NCBI GenBank assembly: GCA_964019425.1
Contig: OZ025784.1
Location: forward strand, 558,001-622,000
Direction of reading: 5' to 3'
DNA: 64,000 nucleotides
From: Flectonema sp. DT1601
Lineage: Eukaryota
Shown here: piece after piece, positions 1 to 12,800 of the stretch
How the letters are laid out: each line of letters begins with the position of its first letter
Position numbering within the stretch: the first letter of the stretch is position 1
Translations under genes and position numbers: made by a program
The notes under the pieces: generated by a model
What the model saw: only the letters and a program-made list of their open reading frames with translations
Databases searched by the model: none
Told to the model about the DNA's origin: nothing

Positions 1-687
1 GCAGTGCTAATAAACGTTTATTTCAAGAAGCAAGGAGACAATGTGAAGCTCCGTAACACAAATTTCGCAAAAACAGTACCAAGTGACAGATAACTGAGTT
101 TGCACAAACACACTGAAGTCAGAAAAATAGTAGTCTACGTAGGTAAGGGAACAAAAAATAAGGAAAGCGTTGAGGCGATCACATCCCTCGCTATGATTTA
201 GGTGATAAACCCAAAGGGGTAAGTAAGGTTTTTTTTTATTAAATTTGTTTAAGAGAAGAATTCTCTTTGTTTTTAAATTATGTTACAACGCACACGGGAA
301 GATTACTCTGCACAAACAGACCCTGATAACCTTGATCGGTTTAGTGTCATCTCCCTAAACGGAAGACAAAACTCAACATCTCCGATTGTTAGCAAAATTT
401 GTTTTCAAGCAGTTTAATGCCTCCCCTCAGTCAAAAAATAATACATATGGGCACTACACCCGACGATGATCAAGGAGCCGCGTCCACCGGGTGAAAATGA
501 CCCTTCGTGAGAAATGATACCCCGGAAAAAATAATTTTTAAAAATTGGGGGAGAGAAGCCCTCGATTCTCACTACCTTAACAGAAGAAGATTATTTCCCT
601 TACCTTTTCAGTTACTAAAATGATTTTCATTGCTGCGGCGAAACTACGCGCTCGCATGCAAATGCCGCAGAAAACCGTCTTAAAACC

Positions 688-718
<31 letters not shown>

Positions 719-2315
719 ACATCAATATATGATTATTGTTCTTTTTATTTTCTGCACTTATCTAGAAACCGACAAATGTGCAAAGTACTAAATGAAAGAC
801 AAAGATCAAAAGGAGATTACTGACAAATCTTTATCACTGGAAAGAGGGAACGGAAAGTCTTTTTTTTTTTCAATAGCCCGTAGCATGTATTCCGTCCTTT
901 TCCAGATAATTTTGCATTATGCCAGCCTTATGATGGGATATTTTAGTTTATATAAATAAATAAAAAAGAGACCCTTCTTCACGATTTTTAATGACATATG
1001 AGACAACAATATAACCGCACCACACCCCCGACTTGTAGGACGAAGAAAAGAAGGAAAACCAGAATAAAAAAACAGATAAAAAGGAGGAAATATGTTTTAT
1101 GAACCTCTACGGAACACGATGATGGACAGAACAAACATTATAATTGTTTTTTTTTGTTGTTGTTGTTGTTGTTGTTGTTGTTTTGTTTTGTACACAAAAG
1201 AAACTCACAAAGTTCCAATCGCGAGCTCCTTGCCAAGAGGGAAAGAGAGAACGGGGGAAAGAAAAAAAAAAAGAAGAAAAACAAATAAAAATCTTTATTT
1301 GTTCACAAACCTTTCGCAATTTTTTTTTTTTATAAATTTTTCAATAAAACGTTTTTCTGTATCAAGACTAAGCTGATCAAAAAAAAAACAATAACATTTC
1401 CGTATCTACCACATCTACATTTATCGACCCTTGAAAGCCAAACCCACGGAAAAGCTCCTTGGAGAGGCCGTTATTGCACACAAACGTTCACTGGAATCAA
1501 CACGTACTGAAAAAACGTTTTCATTACGCCTTGAAATACTTCTCTTGGCAACGTCATCCAGTTCAGAGATGCATCATTTTTTTTTTTTTTTTTCACTTGA
1601 CAAGAATGATCCCGTCAATGAAAACCTTTTTTTTTTTTTGATACGTCCACCCGCTCTAGTTGTCTAATGCCACACAAGATAATATCACTGACGACTCAAC
1701 CAGAGGGTTGCTGACACTATTTCTATTCTAATTGCTGGAACACAAAAAGAACCCGTTTTTTTTTTTTTTTTTAAAATAAAAATAAAAATTTATAAAAAAA
1801 ACAGAAACAGTTATTGTAAAACACTAGCAAACAGCTTAATTCTGAGCAGTAGTTCGTAAAAAGCAGGCAACAAAGAGACCGATTCTGCCGCCACTGTGCC
1901 GCTTAAAACAAAGCCAACACTCTCATGTGAAGTTGGGTGTTAAAAATTTAGGGAACGGAGCAAGAAAGATCCGCTGGGTTTTAGAAAAAGAAAACTAAAA
2001 AAAAAAAAACTAAAAAAAACAAAAACAAAAAAAGAATTACACGAAGAAGGTTAATAAAACATGAACTATAAAAACAGAAAAAAAAAACGAAAATTAAATA
2101 AGATATTTATAACTGACTTGGATGAGGTTCATGGGCGCACCTAAAATTTTTGCATTGTGCTAAAACCTTGTTGATTGGGTGGTAAGAAAAAAAGAAGAAA
2201 ACACTGCCAACACCAAATATCAGAAAGGGGTGAATAAAAATTGTACTCTGCGGGACCTATACAGGGACCGCAGGATGGGTGCTGTGGAAAGAGAACAGAA
2301 ACGGAAGAAATAAAA

Positions 2316-2349
<34 letters not shown>

Positions 2350-2782
2350 CAAAAAAAACTTCAGAGACCTCAAAGTCTTATGCAGAGTACAGCTTTTACA
2401 AACAACTAAAATTACCAACATTTGTTGTAGACTAGCAACAATGGATTACACTGCGTTGTACGTGCTTTTATTCTCAAGAAGAAAGATCTGGGGTGGCATA
2501 CGAGCACGTATTTGTGATAAAGAAGATTCGTTAATTTGTTTGATTTGACGAGGTTTAAGCAAATAAATAAATAATTTCTACATTTGCATATCTTAGATAA
2601 ACTGTTCAGATTGCCGTGGGGGTCTGTGAATGAATAAAAACTCTCTCTGAGAGTTGGATCTTTTTTTTTTTTTAATAATAAAAAAAAAAAAAGAGATTTT
2701 TCATCATCATCATGACTGCAACAACAACTGTTCATTTATATACCAACGTCACTTATTGATGATCACCTTACTAATGCTACCC

Positions 2783-5700
2783 TCAGTAAATAAGGAATGA
2801 ATATTGATCACCTCCAGCACTACTGCCAGGGGTTGTATTAAAACTTCGCCTGCTTTTCAATGGACTCGTGCTTGGAGTTTGCAAGTCCTTGGCTTGAATC
2901 TTAACTTCTGCTGGGAATCCATGACTGTCTGACCATCGAGTCATTTCGTTAGGCCATCTACCGTCAGCTGGGTCAAGACTAACGATCCTAGTGCTTGCCT
3001 CTCCGTATCCTTCACGGATTTCCCAATTATCACCCTTACGACGGATAGATGAAATGCCGTTCGACCACACAGCTGATCCTCCTCTCATTGAATCAAACTT
3101 ATAAGATCCTGATAAAGATGTTGCATCTCCTGCGACAGTAATACCTAACGTTTGAGGCATTGCTGTTGGTTCACTCAGTAATGATCTGGCCCTTCCTGAC
3201 CTCTTCAAAGGAAAAGATCCACCCAAGGGGTTGCTGGCTCTCCTATTTGGAGATGAAACAATGTCTCTTCCTCCCGACATGTCTCTCAGACTTGTGAATC
3301 CCTTTCTCGTCAGGGACGATGCCGCCGCTGATCGTAAACTCAAATCAGTTTGCTCTCCACTAGAAACGCTGTCAACTTTCTGAATCGAAGGTTTTGCAAA
3401 GCTTGGAGTTTCTCCGTATGTTAGTAATAAACTAACATTTGACTCTTGTGGTTTCTGGGAATTAAGCGAAGCACCGAAACCTTGTTCCTCATCGTGTTCT
3501 ATATCTTTCGCTTCTGTGAGTGGAACATCCATCTCAGGATCTGATTCTGTCCATTCCATTTGTTGCAAACGTTGTCTTCTTCCGCTGCAAATGACGTAGC
3601 CTTCTGAGAACAGGTCCAGCACGGTCTGTTTATTGTTGTCTTTATTTTGCTTTCAAACGCTTCAACAGAAATCGAACAAAAGAAAAAAAAAAAACAATAC
3701 GCACCTTAATCATGATAAACACGGTTGCTACTATAAGCCAATTCTGACCTACTGAAAACGCGTCATGGTCGATGTCCTCGGAGTAGAATCCAATGGCAAA
3801 GCATGTTAATCCAACAGACTGGTTTTTTTTTTTTTTTTTATATATTTAATTATTTATTAGAAAGTGAATGCAAGTCACAATTTCGTTGCAACATAAAACC
3901 TACCCAAGGTTTATTTTCGTAAATTAAAAAAATCAAACCTGAGAGAGATTGATACCCGACGTCAAAAAGATATCACGGGGTCTGCAGTATGGTTTCTTCC
4001 AAGCATCAAGAATGAATAATCCTAACAAGATAAATGAGCACATAAGCCTGACATTACCACACGACTTCATAGTGGGAGTGTATGGCACTTTCGCCAAAGA
4101 TAGAAACAGTGAACTTCCAAACATCGAGTAGACGTGAGTTGCGTGGTTTTGTTTGTACGAAGCAATCATTGTTTTGTACCTGTTGACCCAGTGGTGTTCT
4201 TTTCTTCTTGAAACCCATTCCCCTGGTCCGATTATAAATTTAATTATTGGATGGCGCTCAACATCATCAATTCGATACTGTTTTTATTTGTTTCATTTTC
4301 TTTTTCTTTTGTACTTTAACTTACGACTAACACAAAACTTAAAAATAAAACCAACATACCCTTCCATTTAAAGGAACGTCTTTCTTGATCTGTCTAAATA
4401 CCCAGACTGGCACAGCAAGGCAGAATATCAGTCCCGCGACACCAGAAACAATGAAATCAGCCATGTTCTGCTCTTGAGGATAAGCCACTTGTCTAGCAGC
4501 TGCATACGTAGTTCCTTGGTACAAGAATAAGAAAACGAACAAAGCACACGATGGGAATCTAAGAAGACCCGACGACTCAACGTAGTTTTTTCCAGTTTTT
4601 CCACATGGAAGGTAAACAATGACTCCAATTACCACAGCAGCTATAACTGTAAAGATTACTGACAGCATTAAGTTTCCTAAAACAGCTCCAGCAAAGATGG
4701 AATCGTGAATCGATATCCCAGTTGGGTGAAGGACAAACGGCATCGTCTCATTCCTCCATTCATCTTTCGAGACACAACTCGTGTCAGCAATAAACGCCAA
4801 CTGCGTAGCAGAACCCGCAGCTCCCGTTAAAGCTGCGGCTCCAACAGCAGCAGTTGCCGCAGCAGCAGTTGCCTTCTGCACTTCCTCTGACACTACCGAA
4901 GAAATAGGTACAGTTGTCGGCATCGGTGTTTGTGGAATAGAAGTTGGTGACATTGTCGGTACAGTTGTCGGTGCAACTGTTGGAGTATCAGTTGGAGGAG
5001 GAGGAGCAAAAGTTGGTACAGCTGCTAACTGGGGTACTGCAGTCGGTGCGACTGTTGGTACTGCTGTCGGTGCCGTTGGTACCGCTGTTGGCGCTTCTGT
5101 TGGTACTAGTGTTGACGCAGTAGGAACACTTGTTGGCACAGCAGTCGGGACCGTTGGCACCGTTGTTGGGACTGCCGTGGGGACAGCCGTCGGTACCTCC
5201 GTTGGAACTCCCGTTGGAATCGCAGTAGGTACGTCTGTCGGGACGTCTGTCGGGACAGCAGTAGGTACGTCTGTCGGAATCGCAGTTGGTACGTCTGTCG
5301 GGACAGCAGTTGGTACGGCTGTCGGGATGGCAGTTGGCACGGCTGTCGGGATAGTAGTTGGCACGGCTGTCGGGACGGCAGTTGGTACGGCTGTCGGGAT
5401 AGTAGTTGGCACGGCTGTCGGGGTAGTAGTTGGCACGGCTGTCGGGACGGCAGTTGGTACGGCTGTCGGGATGGCAGTTGGCACGGCTGTCGGTACGGCA
5501 GTAGGTACGGCCGTCGGTACGGCTGTCGGCACAGCAGTTGGTATTGCTGTTGGAATTGCAGTCGGAACCGCCGTAGGCACGGCAGTTGGTACCGCTGTCG
5601 GCACTGCTGTTGGTACTGCTGTAGGAATCGCCGTAGGAATAGCAGTTGGAACCGCTGTCGGGACAGCTGTCGGGACAGCTGTTGGCACTGCCGTGGGAAT

Positions 5701-7256
5701 TGCTGTTGGAACCGCTGTAGGCACAGCTGTCGGAACAGCTGTTGGTACCGCTGTAGGCACGGCGGTGGGAACAGCTGTTGGCACTGCAGTAGGTATAGCA
5801 GTTGGAACTGCTGTTGGCACGGCTGTCGGAACAGCTGTTGGCACCGCCGTTGGTACGGCTGTTGGAACAGCTGTCGGCACCGCCGTTGGCACAGCTGTCG
5901 GAACTGCAGTCGGTACTGCTGTAGGCGTAGCCGTTGGGACGGTTGTTGGAACTGCAGTAGGCACAGCTGTAGGTACTGCTGTTGGGGTTGCAGTAGGTAC
6001 GGCCGTCGGTACAGCAGTGGGCACAGCTGTTGGAACAGCCGTAGGCACAGCGGTGGGTACGGCGGTTGGCACTGCTGTTGGCACTGCCGTTGGAACCGCT
6101 GTAGGCACAGCTGTTGGAACAGCTGTAGGCACAGCAGTAGGCACAGCGGTAGGTACGGCAGTTGGCACGGCTGTGGGTACGGCGGTTGGCACGGCTGTCG
6201 GCACAGCTGTGGGTACGGCGGTCGGCACAGCAGTTGGTACAGCTGTGGGCACGGCTGTCGGCACAGCTGTGGGTACGGCGGTCGGCACAGCTGTAGGCAC
6301 AGCTGTTGGAACAGCTGTAGGCACAGCGGTAGGTACGGCAGTCGGCACAGCCGTGGGTACGGCGGTTGGCACGGCAGTCGGTACAGCTGTGGGCACGGCA
6401 GTCGGTACAGCTGTGGGCACGGCAGTCGGAACGGCAGTAGGCACAGCTGTGGGCACGGCCGTTGGTACGGCGGTTGGCACAGCTGTGGGAACTGCTGTCG
6501 GGATAGCCGTCGGAATTGCTGTAGGTACGGCAGTTGGAATCGCTGTTGGAACCGCCGTTGGAACAGCCGTCGGTATTGCAGTCGGTATTGCCGTCGGCAC
6601 GGGAGTCGGAGGAGCTTGAGTAGGACACTCGCAAGTACTGGTTCTCGGGTCAGGATGACCACCACCTACGGTACCGCTGTTGGTTTGTTTAAGTTATTCT
6701 TTCGATGATCAATATAAGAATACTGAACTACTAAATAGCTAAGAAGTAAAACATACCCAGTACAGAAGTCATCACAAGACAGACACTTCAAACCATAAAA
6801 CCCAGCAATGCATACGTACGCAACATCAACAGGAAGCATTGTTGTTGAAGCTGTTGGTAAGTTACCTGCCATCATGTCACATGAAGTCATACTTTGACCT
6901 GTTGCAGCATCGCCAACTGAGAGAGAGAATGAATAGTCGCACACAGCACCGGTACCGCTGTACAAGTTCTGTGGCATCCCTACTGCTGCTGGTCCAGAAC
7001 ATAAGGGAGCCAAAAGGTTGGCTAGAGCCATAGAACCACATCCATCAGCCTTTAGTATAAGTGCAATATTACAGTCACTACCCATAGGAAGGCAAGGTCT
7101 TCCAACAAGTTCTAAATACGATAATCCAATCCCCTTCCCTTGCATTAAGAAATCTATGTAGACTGTGGGATCGAATGCGTTGAAGTCCATTCGAATCAAC
7201 TCAGCACCCCAGCAAGTGAGAGTGCAGCATAGCAGTGCAATGACTCTCAGTAACAT
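2783..7256 (-). CDS. Bodonin/DGF-1-like multi-pass surface receptor with a (TAVP)n mucin stalk; 5 exons, ~1370 aa
   Basis: Exons 7256-6757, 6676-4360, 4277-3939, 3818-3705 and 3625-2783 join in frame across GT..AG introns. Order: signal peptide MLLRVIALLCCTLTCWG, Cys-containing head, long TAVP repeat, poly-Ala/QLAFIADTSC/MPFVLHPT/GAVLGN/LRFPS motifs, about 7 hydrophobic segments, cytoplasmic tail. Family name comes from recalled motif similarity, not a search. Confidence 0.85.
5040..6600 (-). repeat. Coding 12-nt tandem repeat encoding (Thr-Ala-Val-Pro)n
   Basis: More than 100 near-perfect TAVP/TAIP units in translation, with variable synonymous codons at the DNA level. Confidence 0.97.
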
Positions 7257-9899
7257 GTTGTGTGAGGTCTGTGGAATAACGGAAAATATTAAATACTTTT
7301 CTGTAATCAGTCTTCACTGTGTCATGTCTAGAGTCCGCTTGTGAACCATCATCATCGCAAGAAATAGGGTACATCTGTGTTCAAGAAGAAAATATAATTT
7401 TTTGATGTGGGAATAGCGAATAAAATACTTTTTTTTTTTTTTTCGTTGGTTGCTATCGAATCAACGAATTCATCGGCCGGATTATCAAAACAGAAACAAA
7501 ACTTAGAATGTAAAAACAGGGTCCATGCCCAACTTATCATCACAACCTCACTGCTACACCAGAAGGTTGACGCGTTTGTTGGGAAGGGAAGGCTTTGTGA
7601 TATATTTATTTATAAAGTCAAAAAAAAAAAATCTGAGTTTTGTTTGTTTTTTTTTTTTGTTTTTTTTGCTTTTTGCTTTGCCTTGTTTTGGTTGCCTGCT
7701 ATAACCGATGTGGAGACCCTTCCAATCAAGAAAACAGCCTACTTTATGATGATTTCCAACGCCAACAAGTATTTTGATTATAATTATATCCCGCCTACGA
7801 GATTCTTCACATGCTGACCACCCCCAGCAGTAAGGAGCAGAAAAGTTTCGATTAACTCTAAATCAGTTCTCTACATCATTCTGAATACTAGAGTATGAGA
7901 ATACGTAAATGAAATGATAAAGAGAAAATTAAAATTAAAAAAAAAAAAAAAAAAAAAAAAGAGTAAAATAGTTTCTATTTAGAAAAAAAAATAGTAGTCA
8001 CCTTCAGACTTGCAACAACTCACATCTAAAAATACAGCCTGCTAGAGTCTGAGAATAGCTGCTCGTATGTTCAACACACAAAGAGAGCTAAAAAAGGGAA
8101 TAAATTTTGAATTGCAGTCTTGTTGATATCCATCCCGACGAACAAGAGAGGAGGGAGCATACTTACAGTAATAGTGATGTAAACATATTCGTGGTGTATT
8201 AAAGTTTTCCAACCAGACGATGGGTTGTGGGGAAAAAGTTTTTTTTTTTTTTTTTTTTTTTTTCAGCTGGATAAGTAAACCGATATGGGATCAACGATCC
8301 CATTAAATCAGAATTCACTTCAAGGACTTTATAAAACTTAATAGAAAACGGGAGAAAAAAAAAAAAAAAAAAAAAAAAAAACCAGAACCCAAACAAAACT
8401 AAGCAGCAACAGCAGGAAGAAAGTTCACAAAACACGACCTCACCGTTTTTTTTTTTTTTTTTTTTTCAAAAGATAAGGTTCACGGTTAATTTTTTTCTTT
8501 CCTTCGATTTTATTTATATTAACTTACCCTTAAAGTTATAGTAGTAGCACATAAACCGTGAAATAAGAGATTCACTACACTGAAATAGAAATCTCTATCA
8601 CAGCATTAAACGTAAACGTAGCCAAGTAGTGTGACTGTGAAAGGGACGCAATGCAAACCTACTAACTTGTTTCGTGTTTTAGAAACAAGTTCTCGGATTT
8701 GAATTCCAACTCGCAAAAATTGTTGCGCAAAATAAAAGAGAAAAAAAAAGTCGCGCTGAAGAATACCATTTGCAGGTCGAAAGAAATAATAACAATTAAA
8801 AATGGATTATTTGTAATCGGCCCTGCAAAAGTAAAGAAAAAAAGTAAGAGAGAGGGATACACAAAATCCTTCCTCCAAGCACATAAATTGAAAAAATATC
8901 AGGCTAAAGCTGCGAAACATAACTCCATCATCGGACTCGCAAGTAACGGAGAGAGAGGGGGTTTTCGGGAAAAAGCACCACACTCTGTAGCTTTCCTTTT
9001 CTATTGACCAGAAGTCGAAGACTGGAAAAAAAACTAAGAAAGGTCGGCTTGACTTTTTCCAAAGAACAAAAAAAAAAAAAAAAAAAAAATAGTGGTTACA
9101 CAATGTACCACATATATAACCAATTTCATCGAAGGATGCAGTGACGTGTTCACCTTTGAGAGGAATTAAGAGAGTAGTCAGGGGGGTAGATTCGACAAGT
9201 TTTTCTCCTCTGGGGGTAACTTACTTGATACTATGATTAAGTATAAAGCAACTTAAATTTTCTCCTCTGGAGGGAAAAAGAAAGGGAGACGCACACACTA
9301 CCCAAATACTGCCTAACTATCAAAAAAAAAAAAAAAAAAAAAAACATCGGTTCGAACACAAACAGTCATTTACTAATATTCGTAGCCATGTGTAAACTCC
9401 GTGTCCAATTAAGTACTCAGATTAAAGAAACTCGTGCTGTTCTTTTTTTTTTTTTTTTTTTTTTCTTCTTCTTTCCCATCGCCATTTGACACTGCGTTGT
9501 GAGTGTGTCAACGGATTGAAAAAAAAGGAAAAAATACACGGTTTTTAAAGATTTTCAAAAAAAAAAAAGGAAAATAAATTCGTCGTTTTTCTTTTTTTCT
9601 TCTTTTTTTCTTCTTTTGTGTGTTCACAACAACGATGACTGATAGATTTAATTAAAAAAAAAAAAAAAAGAATTACTAACATGTAAACAACAAGAAAGAA
9701 ATCATTAATAAAAAAATGGACTATTTTAACCTATTTTTTTTAACGAAAAGTTTAAAAGGGTATAAAAAAATTATTTCAAGAATTGAGAGGCACATGAAGA
9801 AAACCGCAGATGAAAGAAAATGAAAACACATTTTTATAGAGAAGGCGACTTGTTTGACTGTTTGTCAACAGTCAGCTTTCAAAGTGGTTGAGAGAATAT

Positions 9900-12800
9900 C
9901 TACACAGCCACACCAGACAGTGGTGTTGCTTTCCCTCCCGGGGTAGCAGAGCCAACAAATCTAACATAGCGAGGAACTCCTAAAGTCGGAGTCTCTCCTC
10001 GATGTGCATCAAACACAAGATTGGAACCTCTACCAGAAGTATCTATCGGGCTCATTGGAATAATTGGAGCATTCCAGTCTTCTGGAATCCACTGTGTTCG
10101 CGACCGAGATCGGGGGACTGGAGTAGATCTGTTGGGACTGAGAGGGAATTGAATTTGTTGAGAATAATCAATTCGGATGTTCACATCACACGGGAATCCA
10201 CTTTGATCAGACCAAGAAGTCATTTCATGTGGAAGCCTATTGTTGTGACGCTCATCAGATACGATTTTAAAATATTCTCCTCGATTCTCTTGTAGCTCCC
10301 AACGACCTCTGACTTGTCTTAACGTCCTATTACCGTCAGACCACGAAGGACTACCAGAACGCATTCCATCAAATAAGTAAGATCCTGAAAACACATTCGC
10401 GTCATTCAACCCGTCTACGTCGATCCATAACATTTGAGGGAAAGGATGGTATTCAGCTCCTCTACTTAAAGGTTGATTTGAATATAAACTATCGTTGTCA
10501 GATATCTCATACACAGTGTATCTCCTTGGTCTTCTTGACTCTCCCTCACTAGATATTGATGTATAACAGACGTTATCATCTGCATAGCATTGCCTCTCAG
10601 GCATCATCTCCATCGTAATCGATTTGCTTGACCATTCTAGTTCCTGAAGACGATCTCTTCTCGCAGTCTTTATCACATATAAAAAGGTTATTAAATCCAA
10701 TATCGTCTGTTTTTTTTTTTTTTTTTTTTTTTCGTTGATGACCTAATTTAATAATAACATCATTACAAACCTTAATGACCAAGAATATCAATGCGATCAT
10801 AATAAAGATCCCACCAATGTCGAATGCAGCGTCTGTTAGGTCTTCTGAGTAGAAACCTTTTGCAATACAAATTAACCCAGCCACCTGTTATTGTGTGTTA
10901 CTAAAAGAACAAGAAGGTATTCACATAACAGATATTGTAAACAGAATACAAACCTGAGATAAATTAATACCCGAAATGAGGTATATGTGAGTAGGTTTAC
11001 AGTAAGGTTTCTTCCACATGTCTAGGAGGAACGCCGCGAAGAAAACTCCAGCACACGCCAATCTAACATGGCCACATTGAACTAATGATTCAGCGAAACG
11101 AACCCTTGCGACAGACAACAGCAGTGATACTACAAATTGACTACAGACAAGAGTTGCTGTTACCTCCCTGTAAGATGAGATTACTGTCTTGTATCTCTTC
11201 ACCCAGTGAACTCTTTGAGTAGCTGACACCCACTCTCCAGATCCAATAAAGAATGACATAAATCGGTTCTGCTTCATATCATCAACGCGATACTGTTGGT
11301 GTTGTTGTTGTTGCCAGTCAGTGCGACCATTAACAAAGTATAAAATAAACATACCCGAGCAGTCTCTGGAACATCCCTACGAATGATGTTGTATAACTTC
11401 ATAGGAACAGCAACACATATCAGCAACACGAACCCTCCGAGAATGTCAACACCCTTTCTATTTGGATACGCTATAAGTCTTAGAGCAGCATACGTAGTAC
11501 CTTGATATAAGAACAAGAAAACAAACAACGGAAGAGAAGGAAATCTCAGTAAACCTGACACGTCAAGTGTTTGAATGAAGTGAGAACATTTTAAAAATTT
11601 CTTTAGAGTAAAGCAGATGAATACAAATGAAAGAACAATCAACAGATTACCAACTATGGCTCCAGAAAAAGAAGATCCCCAAACTGTTAAACGAGTCGGG
11701 TGAAGGATAAAAGGAAGTGTTTCATTATCCCATTCCTCTCTTGTACGACATGTGATATCTGCTACGAATGCTAGTTGACTTGCTTGTCCTGCTGCAGCAC
11801 CTGTTAAGATAGCAGTTGCTGCTGCTGCTGTTGCTGTTGCTGATGACGCAGCCTCAACCCGATCTGATACTTTATCAACATCACTCGGTGGTGGAACTTC
11901 TGTGACTACTGCAGCTAACGGTACACTAGTCTGAGGTGATTCTGTTGAAGGTGATTCAGTCTGATTAGCAACTAGTATTGGAGGAGAGTCTGTCGGGATA
12001 TCTGTTTCATTATTTACAACAGGAACACCCGTAGGTGAACCAGTTACCAATCCTGGAGCAACAGTCTGAGGTACAATTACATTCGGTGATGGAGTTGGGA
12101 TAACAACAGGAGACATTGTATTTACAACAGGAATCGATGTCGGAATATTCGTCAACGGCACCTGTGTTGGTACCAACGTCATAGGAATAGCAGTTGTTGG
12201 CACAGCTGTTGGAGCCAACGTATCCTTTGGAGCATCACAGCAAACAGAATTGATACAAACACCCTTAACGCATAATATTGTTTGAGGACTTCCTTTTTTA
12301 TAACCAGTGACACAGCTGTATGTATCGCAGTACCGATTTTCACAACAAGTCGATTCTGTGCATCTTCCAACTGAACAAACCAACAATCCAGGATTTGGTC
12401 GCAGAACACCTACAGAACATTGAAAAAGAGTACAAAGAGGATTACAACAAGTGGCATCATCACAACCAGTCGGGTCACATGTTATGGTGGAAGGCAATGA
12501 TTTTAAAACAGCACTACCAATACAGCTGTAGGCATCACATCGAGGAAGAAGATCACAACAAACTTGATTAGAACATGACCCCGTCGTACAAAAGATACCT
12601 TGCGGTGAACCTTTAAGAATAGAACCTGAAGGACAAGTATAACCTGAACAGGGAGGGTAGCAGCATATATCTGTTGTACATCCTTGAACGAAACACTCAA
12701 TAAGATCTGGACGTGATTTTTCCGAACCCGCAGGGCAGGCAACAGACGGATCATTGCAGTACATCGTATTACAACAAGTATTTAAGTCACAACCTGATCC

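Noticed and set aside
1..2782. Short Lys/Phe/Cys-rich ORFs here and in 7300-9900 and 23640-27050
   Set aside because: Products of poly-A/poly-T and GTT tracts with no protein-like composition or splice support; treated as UTR or intergenic.
4781..6665. Long overlapping ORFs (612-aa GTAV on plus; 548-aa and 519-aa alternative minus frames)
   Set aside because: Shadows of the 12-nt TAVP repeat, which lacks stops in several frames. Only the TAVP frame splices to a signal-peptide exon and the TM module.
9201..9270. 13-bp direct repeat ttttctcctctgg
   Set aside because: Too short and low in complexity, with no element features between the copies.
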